Assembly: GCA_018823045.1 (NCBI GenBank)
Contig: JAHJIX010000017.1
Span: 52,300-116,299 of the forward strand
DNA: 64,000 bases
Direction: 5' to 3'
From: Patescibacteria group bacterium
GTDB lineage: Bacteria; Patescibacteriota; Patescibacteriia; Magasanikbacterales; UBA922
Of this stretch, positions 17,228-25,694 are shown piece by piece. Under the pieces are notes generated by a model that was not told where the DNA came from, did no database searches, and saw only the letters and a list, made by a program, of their open reading frames with translations. The translations under genes and the position numbers were made by a program. Within the stretch, counting starts at the first letter, position 1. The number at the start of each line of letters is the position of its first letter.

Positions 17228-20200
17228 TTAACTAAAAGTATATACTGGTTTACCATTTTCAAATTTAATTCCTAGAACTTCACTTTGAGCAGCTCCATCT
17301 ACTTTATATAATTTTTCACCATCTGTTTCAAATGTATATCTGTTATCATCAATAAAGACATGTTTTCCTTCTGGTGTTAAATATTTAATTCCATGCCCAT
17401 CAGCAGATACGGCATATGGATTACTCTGATCTACAGGATCAAGTAAATTACCATATCTTGGATGCTCTAAATCACTGATATTATCTTTTAAATTAAAAGC
17501 ATCTCCTGAAGGATTGTTAAGAACTTCTTGTAATTTATCTACAATATGTTTAGCATCCTCACCAATAACATCTAATTTACTCAACATATCATTAGCTTCT
17601 TCAACAGTAGGTTCCATGTCAAAACCATCTATATCATCGCTTTGTTCAATATCTGAAGTAAGATCTTCTTGATATATATTAGCAGCATCTGCTTCAACAG
17701 CGTCAGAACTACCTGATATCTCTTGCAACTTTTGATCTATCTGACTAGAATCTATACTACCCTCATTTAATTTATTGTGAATATCTAGATGTTTATTAAT
17801 ATTTTCTTCCTCAACCAAGATACTCCTCCCCTTATATTCAGCATATATAGCATTACTCTCTGACTCAACTGTATATGCTATATCATGTCCCAATACTTTA
17901 TTGTTTCCTTGAGCATTTGCTATTAACCCCTTTAAGTTCATCAACTTGTCATGAGAATTAGATAAGCCATTAATTGTATCTAATCGTCCTTCTTCTATAG
18001 ATACATCTGCTACCACATCACTACTAACTTCTTGCTCACTAAACAAAGACTTATTGCTCACCTTTGGATGAAAAGCCTTTTTATTGGTATCGATAACCTC
18101 TCTACCACTACGTTCTACCGTTTTTACAGGAGCACCCTCTCCTGCTATAGCACCAGATCCACCTTTCGCATGTACACCAAGCGCATCTTCTCCTGTTTTT
18201 ATAGCTTCAGGCGTCATTGTTTTTTGCTTGATAATATCATCTACAAAATTACGTCTGTCTGTAGGTAAAGGATCTGTTACAAATCTCCCTTCTTCTACTC
18301 TTGGTGGGTTTGATCCTTTAAGTGCATCTAAACTTGTCTTAATAACCGTACCGCTTCCTGTCTTAATATGAACATCTCCAGTTTTTTTATCTGCCCAAAA
18401 TTCATAGCCAAAATCGTCAGATCCACTAGAAGCTGCTAATCCAGTTCTCTTACCTAATCCTTCAGGAAGTTTATCTAGCACCTCTCCACTACTTGCTACA
18501 CGTCGAAGTTCTGCAGCGGCTTGTTCATTATATTCTGTGGTATTCCACTTATCTACCTCTTGATAATTATCATCTGTAACATTAGCTTGTTGATTTGTTT
18601 CAACAACGGTTGTTTCTCCACCACCACGATGATATTCTTTTACGTTGTCAAATAGGTTAATTTGATTGTCTTCTGCAACAATATGGAAATGTGGGTTTCC
18701 TTTTGCGTCAAAAGCAAGCTGAATTTTAGCTCCTGGACGAAGGGTAAAGCCTCTCGCTTCAACTCCCCCACCAATCTTAATTTGCCACTCTTTTAATTGT
18801 GCTCTATACATTCCTTGAATATCTTTATCTGAATGACCATATCCTTCAAGAAGACGTTTCATCGCACGGATTTCTGCTCCACGGACATTATCTGCCCCCA
18901 CATCTATCTCAGCAGCAAGACGTTGCCCATCTGCATTCACTAAATTTTTATCATCAAAATAATTAACATTTGAGACCTTAGCCCCAATTTTTGGTAACTC
19001 TATAGCTGGTTTTAGCTCTGGCGTTGGTTCTGCTTGTTCTGGAGCATTTTTATTTTCTGTACTTCCTTCCTCTTGACTTTGAGTATTAGCAGAGTCTTGA
19101 TGTGTCTCTGCACTGCTTTGAGTTCCCCAATTCTTAGCAACCAATTCACCATCTTCATTATATACTCCTGTTTTTACAGATGCACCAGCTGTTTCACCAG
19201 CAGCAACCATTCTTACAGTATCCTTTGCCTCTTGAACTCCCCAACCAACTAATAAAGCAGCACCTGTACCTAATGTAGCACCAGCTAGTACCCCTATTGC
19301 TCTATATTTGAGCTTACTTTTTCTTTTTCGTGCATCAGCAGTTTCTAATACTTGCCCTGCATTTTTCATTGCACGCACACCGGCTTCTAAATTCATTTTT
19401 TGTTCAGGACTTTCAAGCAAAACGCCTTCTTTCTCTACCTCATATACTAACTGACGAATTTCCGTTAACAATAGTTTATCTCGCATGATCACTTGCTTTC
19501 CATCTTCATCTGCTTCCCAATACATTACTGCTGTCATTTCTTCTGGAGAAGCTGTTCCATGCAATAATCGTTTTAAGTATAATGTTTGCTGTTTTAATTC
19601 CTTCATCTCAGGATTCTCCTTACTAGGATCCAAAAATGCACGAAGATTATCTAAAACACTACTTACATGCGCTTTTTCTTCTTTTCTCTCTCCACTCAAA
19701 CGCATTCCTTCTGCCATACGATAGCCTGTGAGTGTTCCTGCAGCAGCTCCCATAGCCCCTCTATAGATCATACTATCAAACATAATAAACCCTGTTGCGG
19801 CAGCTCCTAATAGGATACTTACTCCTAAACTTTTCTTACCACCAAATGCTTGTAATACGTATTCTAATTTACTAATGACAATAGGATCAACAGTTCCATC
19901 TTCAATTTGTTTTTCTAAATCACCACTGAGACGATCCCCTTGATCGCGCATAACAAAAATAGCTTTTGCAAGTTGCAATTTTTTTGTTTCATTTCCAGCA
20001 TCTGCTCGTTCAATTAATTGATCAAGCATTTGTTGATATACTTTTCTTTCATCTGCAGTTAATTTTGCTAATTCTGTATCTAATTCTTTATTTCCTTCCT
20101 CTGTTCCTTGCACTTGTTCTGTAAGAGCGCGGAGTGTTTGTGACATAATTGCACCAGCCTGTTCTAAATGCTGTGTCATATCTAAAACACCATTATTAAA

Positions 20201-22567
20201 ATCTAAGAGCTCACTTACAATTTCTTGTTTTATTCGTTCTTCTTGTTCTGTCTTAACCGCATCTTGTCCTTTTTTAAACTTACCATTTAACCATGCATTG
20301 TTTGCAATTAAATGACGAAAAGCACCACCAACACCACCACCAGCAACAATCGTTCCTGTAGCGGCTAAACCAGTCAATGCAAAACCTCCTGCAATCAAAC
20401 CAGCTCCTGTTGCTGCACCACCAACTAATCCAATCGTTAACCCCGTTTTTATTGCTAATTGCTTCCACAGTTTCTCTTGCTTCTTTACAAATTCACCTAA
20501 ACCATGCATTCTTTCTGCTACTTTTGCACGCACGGTCTCTTCTGCAGAAATAGCATATGTTTTGGCAACAACTTCAGCAAAACGTCCTTTCCATAGTTCA
20601 ACAAATTCTGGAGACTCTCCCTCTTTTAAAATATCTTGAAATTTACTTAAAATTTCTTGTGACAAAGAACCATTAAATCCATGCTCAACAATATGAGTAT
20701 ATAATTCTTTTAATGCTGCTTGTAATTTCTTCGAATCAATTTTCTCTTTTGCTTCTTTAAGAGACAAATCAAATTCTTTTCCTTGATATTCTCTCCCAGA
20801 AACCCGTTCTTGTAATTCAGCTGTTTCTTGTCTCTTTTTTGCTTTTTCTGCTTCAACTGTAGCTTGGTTGCTAGCTTCTGTGTGTAATGCTCCAAAATGT
20901 TGTTCTTTTAATTTTTTTAATGCTGCTTTTCTATCAGTTACAGCATTTTTACGTTGTTGTGTTATTTGATCTTCCACGGACAGTGAGACATGATTATAAA
21001 CAATACTACTACTACTAGCCAAAACACCCACCAAACTTCCCCCCAATGCTTTCATGTTCTTTGCTAGAGTAATAAATGTATCAATACTATCCTTTAAATT
21101 ATTATCAGTCACCTGAGCCTTTAATGCTTCTGCTTCTATCACTAACGCATCCATTTCTGCCTCAAAATCAAACATTCCCTCTTCGATAGTGTCGGGTCTT
21201 TGTACATTTTCCCAATCATTTAGGAGCTCTTTTAAAATATCAGCAGAACGTGAATCTTTAATACCTAATACATAATCAGTTTCAGCAACAATTCCTACAG
21301 CAACACCACTTGCAGCAAGTTCGGATTCAGGAATTGGATTATGATTACTATCTACAAAATCATCACCAATCTTTTTATATAAAGTGTCACCTTTTTTTTC
21401 TACATTATCTCCAATAAGCTCTTGCTCAGCCTGTTTTTTTCTTTTTTTATCAACTTCATTCCATATATATTGATATAAAGGGTGAGAATTACTCTCTAAA
21501 GAATGAAAAATATCAATATAGACATCTTCTTCTACATGAGCTAACTGATCATTATAATCGGCAATTACTGCTGGAGATAACTTTACTTCATTTGCGTTAA
21601 AATCATTAATTGTAGGAATAATCAACTGTCTTGGAGGAGCACCTCTTCTTCCTCCACCTTGATATTTTACAGGTAAATGATGTTGTTTTAATAATGCTTC
21701 TCTTTGACGATCATTTGCATTTCTAAATTCATCACCACTTAACGTATTCCCTGCTTCATCTCTTGCAGCATTAACCAAATCACTTAAGATAGTCTTCCTA
21801 TCCTCTTCAATATTATTTTTTATCAACTTAATTTCTTTTTCAATTTGTTCTAAAATTCTTTTTGCTAAATCTTTCTTTTCTTTCACCTCTGCTGCAGCAG
21901 GAACCGCTTCAGTCCAATTAGGATCTTTTTCTAATTGAGAAGCCCCTTTTACTTCTTTTACAGCCCTTTCTAGTTCTGCAATCACATCTTGCGCTTGTGT
22001 GTGCAACGCTTCTAATTTTTTTACTCTTTCTTTTATTGCACGCTTTCCTAAATGCGCAATATTTTCCATAGATAAAATTGCCTCTGCTTCAGCAACTGTT
22101 TTTTGTACTTCAGTAATACCTGTTTGTAAAGTAATACCTTCAGCAGATAAAACACCTGTAACTTCTCCTTTTAAACTATCTAATAAATCGCGTGTTTTTT
22201 GTAAATTTTTTAATGCATCGATTATCTCTTGTCCAACTGTATATGTTTCACCACTATGGTTCAATGTATACTCTACAGCACCATTTTTTTCAGATACATT
22301 TGTATCACCTATATTATATCCAGCAGGCAATCCATCTCCTGCCTTATCAACAATATCTGGTGCATAATCAAGCTGAATTGCATCACCATCTCCTTCTAAC
22401 ACAAGAATAAATTTTCCATCTTTACTAATTCGTGCTGGTTTTGCAAGTTTCCTTTCTTGCCATGTATTTCCAATATTAACAACAACCGTTGTATCTTTTA
22501 TATATTGGCTTAGCTCCATTGGCTGTTCCTGTCCTTCTCTATTTTTAAATTTTATTTCTTGTGACAT
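17228..22567 (-). CDS. Giant (1779 aa) hypothetical protein: long coiled-coil regions interrupted by three Gly-zipper hydrophobic hairpins. No signal peptide.
   Basis: ORF track. Gly-zipper segments GLTIGLVGGAATGAGLIAGGFALTGLAATGTIVAGGGVGGAF, GVSILLGAAATGFIMFDSMIYRGAMGAAAGTLTGY, AIGVLAGATLGTGAALLVGWGV. Extensive K/E-rich heptad-like stretches. Beta-rich C-terminus. Confidence 0.6.
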   Translation of the reverse strand: MSQEIKFKNREGQEQPMELSQYIKDTTVVVNIGNTWQERKLAKPARISKDGKFILVLEGDGDAIQLDYAPDIVDKAGDGLPAGYNIGDTNVSEKNGAVEYTLNHSGETYTVGQEIIDALKNLQKTRDLLDSLKGEVTGVLSAEGITLQTGITEVQKTVAEAEAILSMENIAHLGKRAIKERVKKLEALHTQAQDVIAELERAVKEVKGASQLEKDPNWTEAVPAAAEVKEKKDLAKRILEQIEKEIKLIKNNIEEDRKTILSDLVNAARDEAGNTLSGDEFRNANDRQREALLKQHHLPVKYQGGGRRGAPPRQLIIPTINDFNANEVKLSPAVIADYNDQLAHVEEDVYIDIFHSLESNSHPLYQYIWNEVDKKRKKQAEQELIGDNVEKKGDTLYKKIGDDFVDSNHNPIPESELAASGVAVGIVAETDYVLGIKDSRSADILKELLNDWENVQRPDTIEEGMFDFEAEMDALVIEAEALKAQVTDNNLKDSIDTFITLAKNMKALGGSLVGVLASSSSIVYNHVSLSVEDQITQQRKNAVTDRKAALKKLKEQHFGALHTEASNQATVEAEKAKKRQETAELQERVSGREYQGKEFDLSLKEAKEKIDSKKLQAALKELYTHIVEHGFNGSLSQEILSKFQDILKEGESPEFVELWKGRFAEVVAKTYAISAEETVRAKVAERMHGLGEFVKKQEKLWKQLAIKTGLTIGLVGGAATGAGLIAGGFALTGLAATGTIVAGGGVGGAFRHLIANNAWLNGKFKKGQDAVKTEQEERIKQEIVSELLDFNNGVLDMTQHLEQAGAIMSQTLRALTEQVQGTEEGNKELDTELAKLTADERKVYQQMLDQLIERADAGNETKKLQLAKAIFVMRDQGDRLSGDLEKQIEDGTVDPIVISKLEYVLQAFGGKKSLGVSILLGAAATGFIMFDSMIYRGAMGAAAGTLTGYRMAEGMRLSGERKEEKAHVSSVLDNLRAFLDPSKENPEMKELKQQTLYLKRLLHGTASPEEMTAVMYWEADEDGKQVIMRDKLLLTEIRQLVYEVEKEGVLLESPEQKMNLEAGVRAMKNAGQVLETADARKRKSKLKYRAIGVLAGATLGTGAALLVGWGVQEAKDTVRMVAAGETAGASVKTGVYNEDGELVAKNWGTQSSAETHQDSANTQSQEEGSTENKNAPEQAEPTPELKPAIELPKIGAKVSNVNYFDDKNLVNADGQRLAAEIDVGADNVRGAEIRAMKRLLEGYGHSDKDIQGMYRAQLKEWQIKIGGGVEARGFTLRPGAKIQLAFDAKGNPHFHIVAEDNQINLFDNVKEYHRGGGETTVVETNQQANVTDDNYQEVDKWNTTEYNEQAAAELRRVASSGEVLDKLPEGLGKRTGLAASSGSDDFGYEFWADKKTGDVHIKTGSGTVIKTSLDALKGSNPPRVEEGRFVTDPLPTDRRNFVDDIIKQKTMTPEAIKTGEDALGVHAKGGSGAIAGEGAPVKTVERSGREVIDTNKKAFHPKVSNKSLFSEQEVSSDVVADVSIEEGRLDTINGLSNSHDKLMNLKGLIANAQGNNKVLGHDIAYTVESESNAIYAEYKGRSILVEEENINKHLDIHNKLNEGSIDSSQIDQKLQEISGSSDAVEADAANIYQEDLTSDIEQSDDIDGFDMEPTVEEANDMLSKLDVIGEDAKHIVDKLQEVLNNPSGDAFNLKDNISDLEHPRYGNLLDPVDQSNPYAVSADGHGIKYLTPEGKHVFIDDNRYTFETDGEKLYKVDGAAQSEVLGIKFENGKPVYTFS

Positions 22568-22606
22568 ATAACGATGAGTTTATACAAATGATCAGATGAT
22601 AAAATA

Positions 22607-22813
22607 TTAATGATTGGTATCGATATCTTTTAAAACTTCAGCAAGCTTTAGTTTATCAATATCTTTATGAAGTGCTTGCAGGGTTTCCTGTTCTTTTTTT
22701 TCAATATCTTTCCAGGTAGCCAAAAAATGATCATATGCGCGTTGAAGCTTATTAATCTTTATTTGCGTATCATCAATTTCTTGTTGAATATGTTGTGAAT
22801 CTAAGACAGGCAT
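22607..22813 (-). CDS. Small (68 aa) coiled-coil hypothetical protein, co-operonic with the giant protein
   Basis: ORF track. 7-nt gap to the upstream gene, 40-nt gap to the giant gene. Confidence 0.45.
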   Translation of the reverse strand: MPVLDSQHIQQEIDDTQIKINKLQRAYDHFLATWKDIEKKEQETLQALHKDIDKLKLAEVLKDIDTNH

Positions 22814-22819
22814 AGATAT

Positions 22820-23146
22820 TTATGACATGACAGATGCAAATTCTTGTGCAAAATCATCTAATGTTTGTTTGACAATAGCATCAAACTCAGGCACATTGGT
22901 TTGCCAAAACTGTTGTAATTTTTCTGGTGAAATATTTTCATCTTCAAGTAAGCCTTGAAGTTGCTTTGCAGCAGGTTCATCAATTTTATCAATCAGTGCT
23001 AGACCAATACGACGTTGCGCTTCTGCTACAAACTGTGGAATATATTGTGCGCGAGATTCTTCTGAAAGTGTATCAAAACCATGCTGATCTAAAAGTTGTT
23101 CGATGTATTGATTTAAAAAATCAAACTGCTCATTTTGTTGTGACAT
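22820..23146 (-). CDS. Small (108 aa) acidic helical hypothetical protein, first gene of three-gene module
   Basis: ORF track. Acidic, helical (MSQQNEQFDFLNQYIEQLLDQ…). Confidence 0.45.
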   Translation of the reverse strand: MSQQNEQFDFLNQYIEQLLDQHGFDTLSEESRAQYIPQFVAEAQRRIGLALIDKIDEPAAKQLQGLLEDENISPEKLQQFWQTNVPEFDAIVKQTLDDFAQEFASVMS

Positions 23147-23288
23147 ATGTCTTTGAAGTTAGATAATAATTATATATACGATTATTTTATTGTAAACGGC
23201 TTACTATAGCATAAAAAAGCCCTTTTGTCAATTATAGCATGTTTTGGGTGATATGAACAAGCAAAAAAAGTCTGATTGTGCTTGAGGA

Positions 23289-23385
23289 TGGGATTGCTTC
23301 GTCATTCCGCTTCGCTCCATTCCTCGCAATGACGTGCTTTTATTACGTCATTGCGAGCCCTGTGAAACAAGGGCGCGGCAATCCC
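23289..23385. repeat. Nested-palindrome repeat, circularly permuted copy D (GGGATTGCTTCG…CCTCGCAATGACGT | ACGTCATTGCGAG…GCGGCAATCCC)
   Basis: The same four arm sequences as copies B/C, with outer and inner pairs swapped. It abuts the GIY-YIG gene. Confidence 0.8.
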
Positions 23386-23685
23386 TTACTTCATATCCTC
23401 AATCCATTGTTTATATAAATCCTCCCATTTAGGATTGTTTTTATTAATCAATAACTCTTTTTTTACACGCGAACCTGATTTTAACTGTTTTTCACGACTG
23501 ATTGCATCTTTTATACTGTCATATGTTTCTACATGTACCAACATATGTACATTATATTTTTTTGTAAAATGAGAACCGATTCCTTGTTTATGTTCAATAA
23601 TTCTTTTCTGTATATTTTGTGTTACTCCTACATATAATACGGTCTTTCTAAAATTTGTTAAAATATAGGTATAGTATGTATCCAT
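23386..23685 (-). CDS. GIY-YIG nuclease family protein (small YhbQ/UPF0213-like)
   Basis: 99 aa. YTYILTN…VLYVGVTQNIQKRIIEHKQG matches the GIY-x10-YIG motif with the downstream R and E. Confidence 0.7.
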   Translation of the reverse strand: MDTYYTYILTNFRKTVLYVGVTQNIQKRIIEHKQGIGSHFTKKYNVHMLVHVETYDSIKDAISREKQLKSGSRVKKELLINKNNPKWEDLYKQWIEDMK

Positions 23686-23710
23686 ATTTAATGTTTAGTG
23701 AGTTGTTGTA

Positions 23711-23757
23711 TGGGATTGCTTCGTCATTCCGCTTCGCTCCATTCCTCGCAATGACGT
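23711..23757. repeat. Half-element copy E of the repeat family (identical to first half of copy D)
   Basis: TGGGATTGCTTCGTCATTCCGCTTCGCTCCATTCCTCGCAATGACGT. It supplies the last 11 codons and the stop of the KilA-N ORF. Confidence 0.8.
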
Positions 23758-24104
23758 GGTAAAAAAAAGGGGTCGAATTCAAAAGCAATGTCTTTGTGTG
23801 CAAAAGTGCCACCATATCGACCCGCTTTTGATACGATACCTATGGCATTAACACCTTCAATCCATCGTTTTGATGTCATGACAAAATGATTTAACCCAGC
23901 CTCCATTCTAAACCCAGGGTTATTAATTTGCTCCCATAACCCCAAAAACTGCAAAGTATTTTTATTCCTTAACCAATTTTTAATGACATCATCCATTCTT
24001 TTTGCATCTTTAAATCGTGCAATATCAGTTAACGAAATAAAGTCATGCTCATTTTTAACAAAAAAATTGACATGAATATCTTTTACAATAAGATCTTGTT
24101 TCAT
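23724..24104 (-). CDS. KilA-N domain protein
   Basis: 126 aa. FISLTDIARFKDAKRMDDVIKNWLRNKNTLQFLGLWEQINNPGF resembles the KilA-N/APSES-type DNA-binding domain. The C-terminal PRHCEEWSEAE* is encoded by the repeat element. Confidence 0.5.
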   Translation of the reverse strand: MKQDLIVKDIHVNFFVKNEHDFISLTDIARFKDAKRMDDVIKNWLRNKNTLQFLGLWEQINNPGFRMEAGLNHFVMTSKRWIEGVNAIGIVSKAGRYGGTFAHKDIAFEFDPFFLPRHCEEWSEAE

Positions 24105-24184
24105 ATGCTCCTCCTTTTTTAATATCTAAAAGTCTAACCGTGTCAAATTCGACACGGTTAACTGTATTACTACATTCAGTAATA

Positions 24185-24802
24185 CTACCCAAAATGCCTT
24201 TTTTGCTTTTGCAAAACAAGTACTGCCCCAAATAGCAAACCAGCAAACAATCCAAATAGACCATTTACAACAATATTTGGACGCACTGGCCATTTTGTTA
24301 CTACTGGGCGATTAACAATTTTCATGGTGACGTCTCCCCCAACATACTCCCAACCTTTTGAGACAAGCGCATCAACGGTAGCACCCGCAAAAGCGATTGC
24401 TTGATTTTTATCTGTATTATACGCACTTACCCGCAAGACTCCTGTACCAAATACAACTGAAGATTGTACCATCTTCCCCCATGCTTTTCTTTTTTCTCTT
24501 GCACTGAGTGCATCTAATTCTAATGTATCTAAACTATACCCTGGCTGATCAATGACTTTTGCATAAAAATCATCTGTCGCAGTAATTTGTGCAAGATTTT
24601 CTCCCACACGTTCCGCTGATTTAATAACGGTATACGGGTCGACCCCATAGCGTGTTTTTGAAATAATAAGTACATCAGCATCTGCACGATATTCAAGTGG
24701 CAACACAATAGTCACCAATAAAGAAATAACCATAAACAACGCCCCCATAAGAAAAAGGAAGTTTTTTCGTTTGAGTAAGAGACGCATAGGATGATGATGC
24801 AT
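24185..24802 (-). CDS. Wzz/CpsC-like polysaccharide chain-length-determinant-type membrane protein (N- and C-terminal TM helices)
   Basis: 205 aa, two terminal TM segments flanking a soluble domain (LRVSAYNTDKNQAIAFAGATVDALV). Confidence 0.4.
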   Translation of the reverse strand: MHHHPMRLLLKRKNFLFLMGALFMVISLLVTIVLPLEYRADADVLIISKTRYGVDPYTVIKSAERVGENLAQITATDDFYAKVIDQPGYSLDTLELDALSAREKRKAWGKMVQSSVVFGTGVLRVSAYNTDKNQAIAFAGATVDALVSKGWEYVGGDVTMKIVNRPVVTKWPVRPNIVVNGLFGLFAGLLFGAVLVLQKQKRHFG

Positions 24803-24900
24803 ATACTTGTAATAAAAAATAAATGATAGATTTATAATAATATTATAGCATTTTTTTTGTTTTGATGCGAGAGGACATAGAAAAACATAATTTATCTCTC

Positions 24901-24983
24901 ACGTCATTGCGAGTGTAGCGAAGCAATCCCGCACTTTAATACCCTAAACATTGAGATTGCCGCGCTGTGCTAACGCCAGCTCG
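24901..24983. repeat. Nested-palindrome repeat copy F (variant with inner arms swapped: CGAAGCAATCCC … GATTGCCGCG)
   Basis: ACGTCATTGCGAGTGTAGCGAAGCAATCCC…GATTGCCGCGCTGTGCTAACGCCAGCTCGCAATGAC. Confidence 0.85.
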
Positions 24984-25059
24984 CAATGACATATATTTTT
25001 TTTGACAAAATAAATAATTCATGTTAATCTAAAGTTAATCTATATATAAACTTCAGAAT

Positions 25060-25287
25060 ATGCAAAAAACATACCCTATTATTGGCGTAAAAGAGTTGCG
25101 AGAAAATTTAAATTTCTATATTCAACAAATAAATGAAGGGCACAGCTTCACCATTGTAAAAAGATCAAAGCCTGTTTTTCATATAACCCCAATACAAGAA
25201 GATGAAGCATGGGAACAAGTCGCTGATTTTACACAAATCCAAACCGGTGGAGTAAACATACAAGACATCTTGTCTCGATTATCATAA
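25060..25287 (+). CDS. Phd/YefM-family antitoxin
   Basis: 75 aa. IIGVKELRENLNFYIQQINEGHSFTIVKRSKPVFHITP is the typical Phd/YefM N-terminal domain. 1-nt gap to the toxin gene. Confidence 0.7.
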   Translation: MQKTYPIIGVKELRENLNFYIQQINEGHSFTIVKRSKPVFHITPIQEDEAWEQVADFTQIQTGGVNIQDILSRLS

Positions 25288-25288
25288 T

Positions 25289-25528
25289 ATGGTCGACAAA
25301 ATAACAAAAACATTACAACGCCTCTCTCCAAAAGAAAAAAAATGGGTAAAAAATATTCTTACACAACTTAAAAAAAAAAATTTGAAACATCTTGATATAA
25401 AAAAGCTAAAAGGAAGAACTGATGTGTACAGAATAAGAAAAGGAAAAATACGTATTATGTTTCGGATGCACAAAGAAGATATCTATTTACTTGCAATAGA
25501 AAGACGTGCAGATACTACATATAACTAA
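25289..25528 (+). CDS. RelE/ParE-family toxin
   Basis: 79 aa. GRTDVYRIRKGKIRIMFRMHKEDIYLLAIERRADTTY matches the RelE/ParE core (R…YRIR-G-YRI…L-I-HR). Confidence 0.7.
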   Translation: MVDKITKTLQRLSPKEKKWVKNILTQLKKKNLKHLDIKKLKGRTDVYRIRKGKIRIMFRMHKEDIYLLAIERRADTTYN

Positions 25529-25547
25529 TATATAAGTATAAAGAACC

Positions 25548-25639
25548 ACGTCATTACGAGTGTAGCGAAGCAATCCCATTGTTTGGTGCATTAAACGATA
25601 AGATTGCCGCGCTGTGCTAACGCCAGCTCGCAATGACGT
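25548..25639. repeat. Nested-palindrome repeat copy G (same variant and orientation as copy F)
   Basis: ACGTCATTACGAGTGTAGCGAAGCAATCCC…GATTGCCGCGCTGTGCTAACGCCAGCTCGCAATGACGT. It shares ~85% identity with copy F over the shared arms and forms a direct repeat with it around the TA pair. Confidence 0.85.
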
Positions 25640-25694
25640 ATATAATAAAAAAAAGAAGAAAAGCATCTTCTTTTTTTTATCTTGAATCTAGCGA

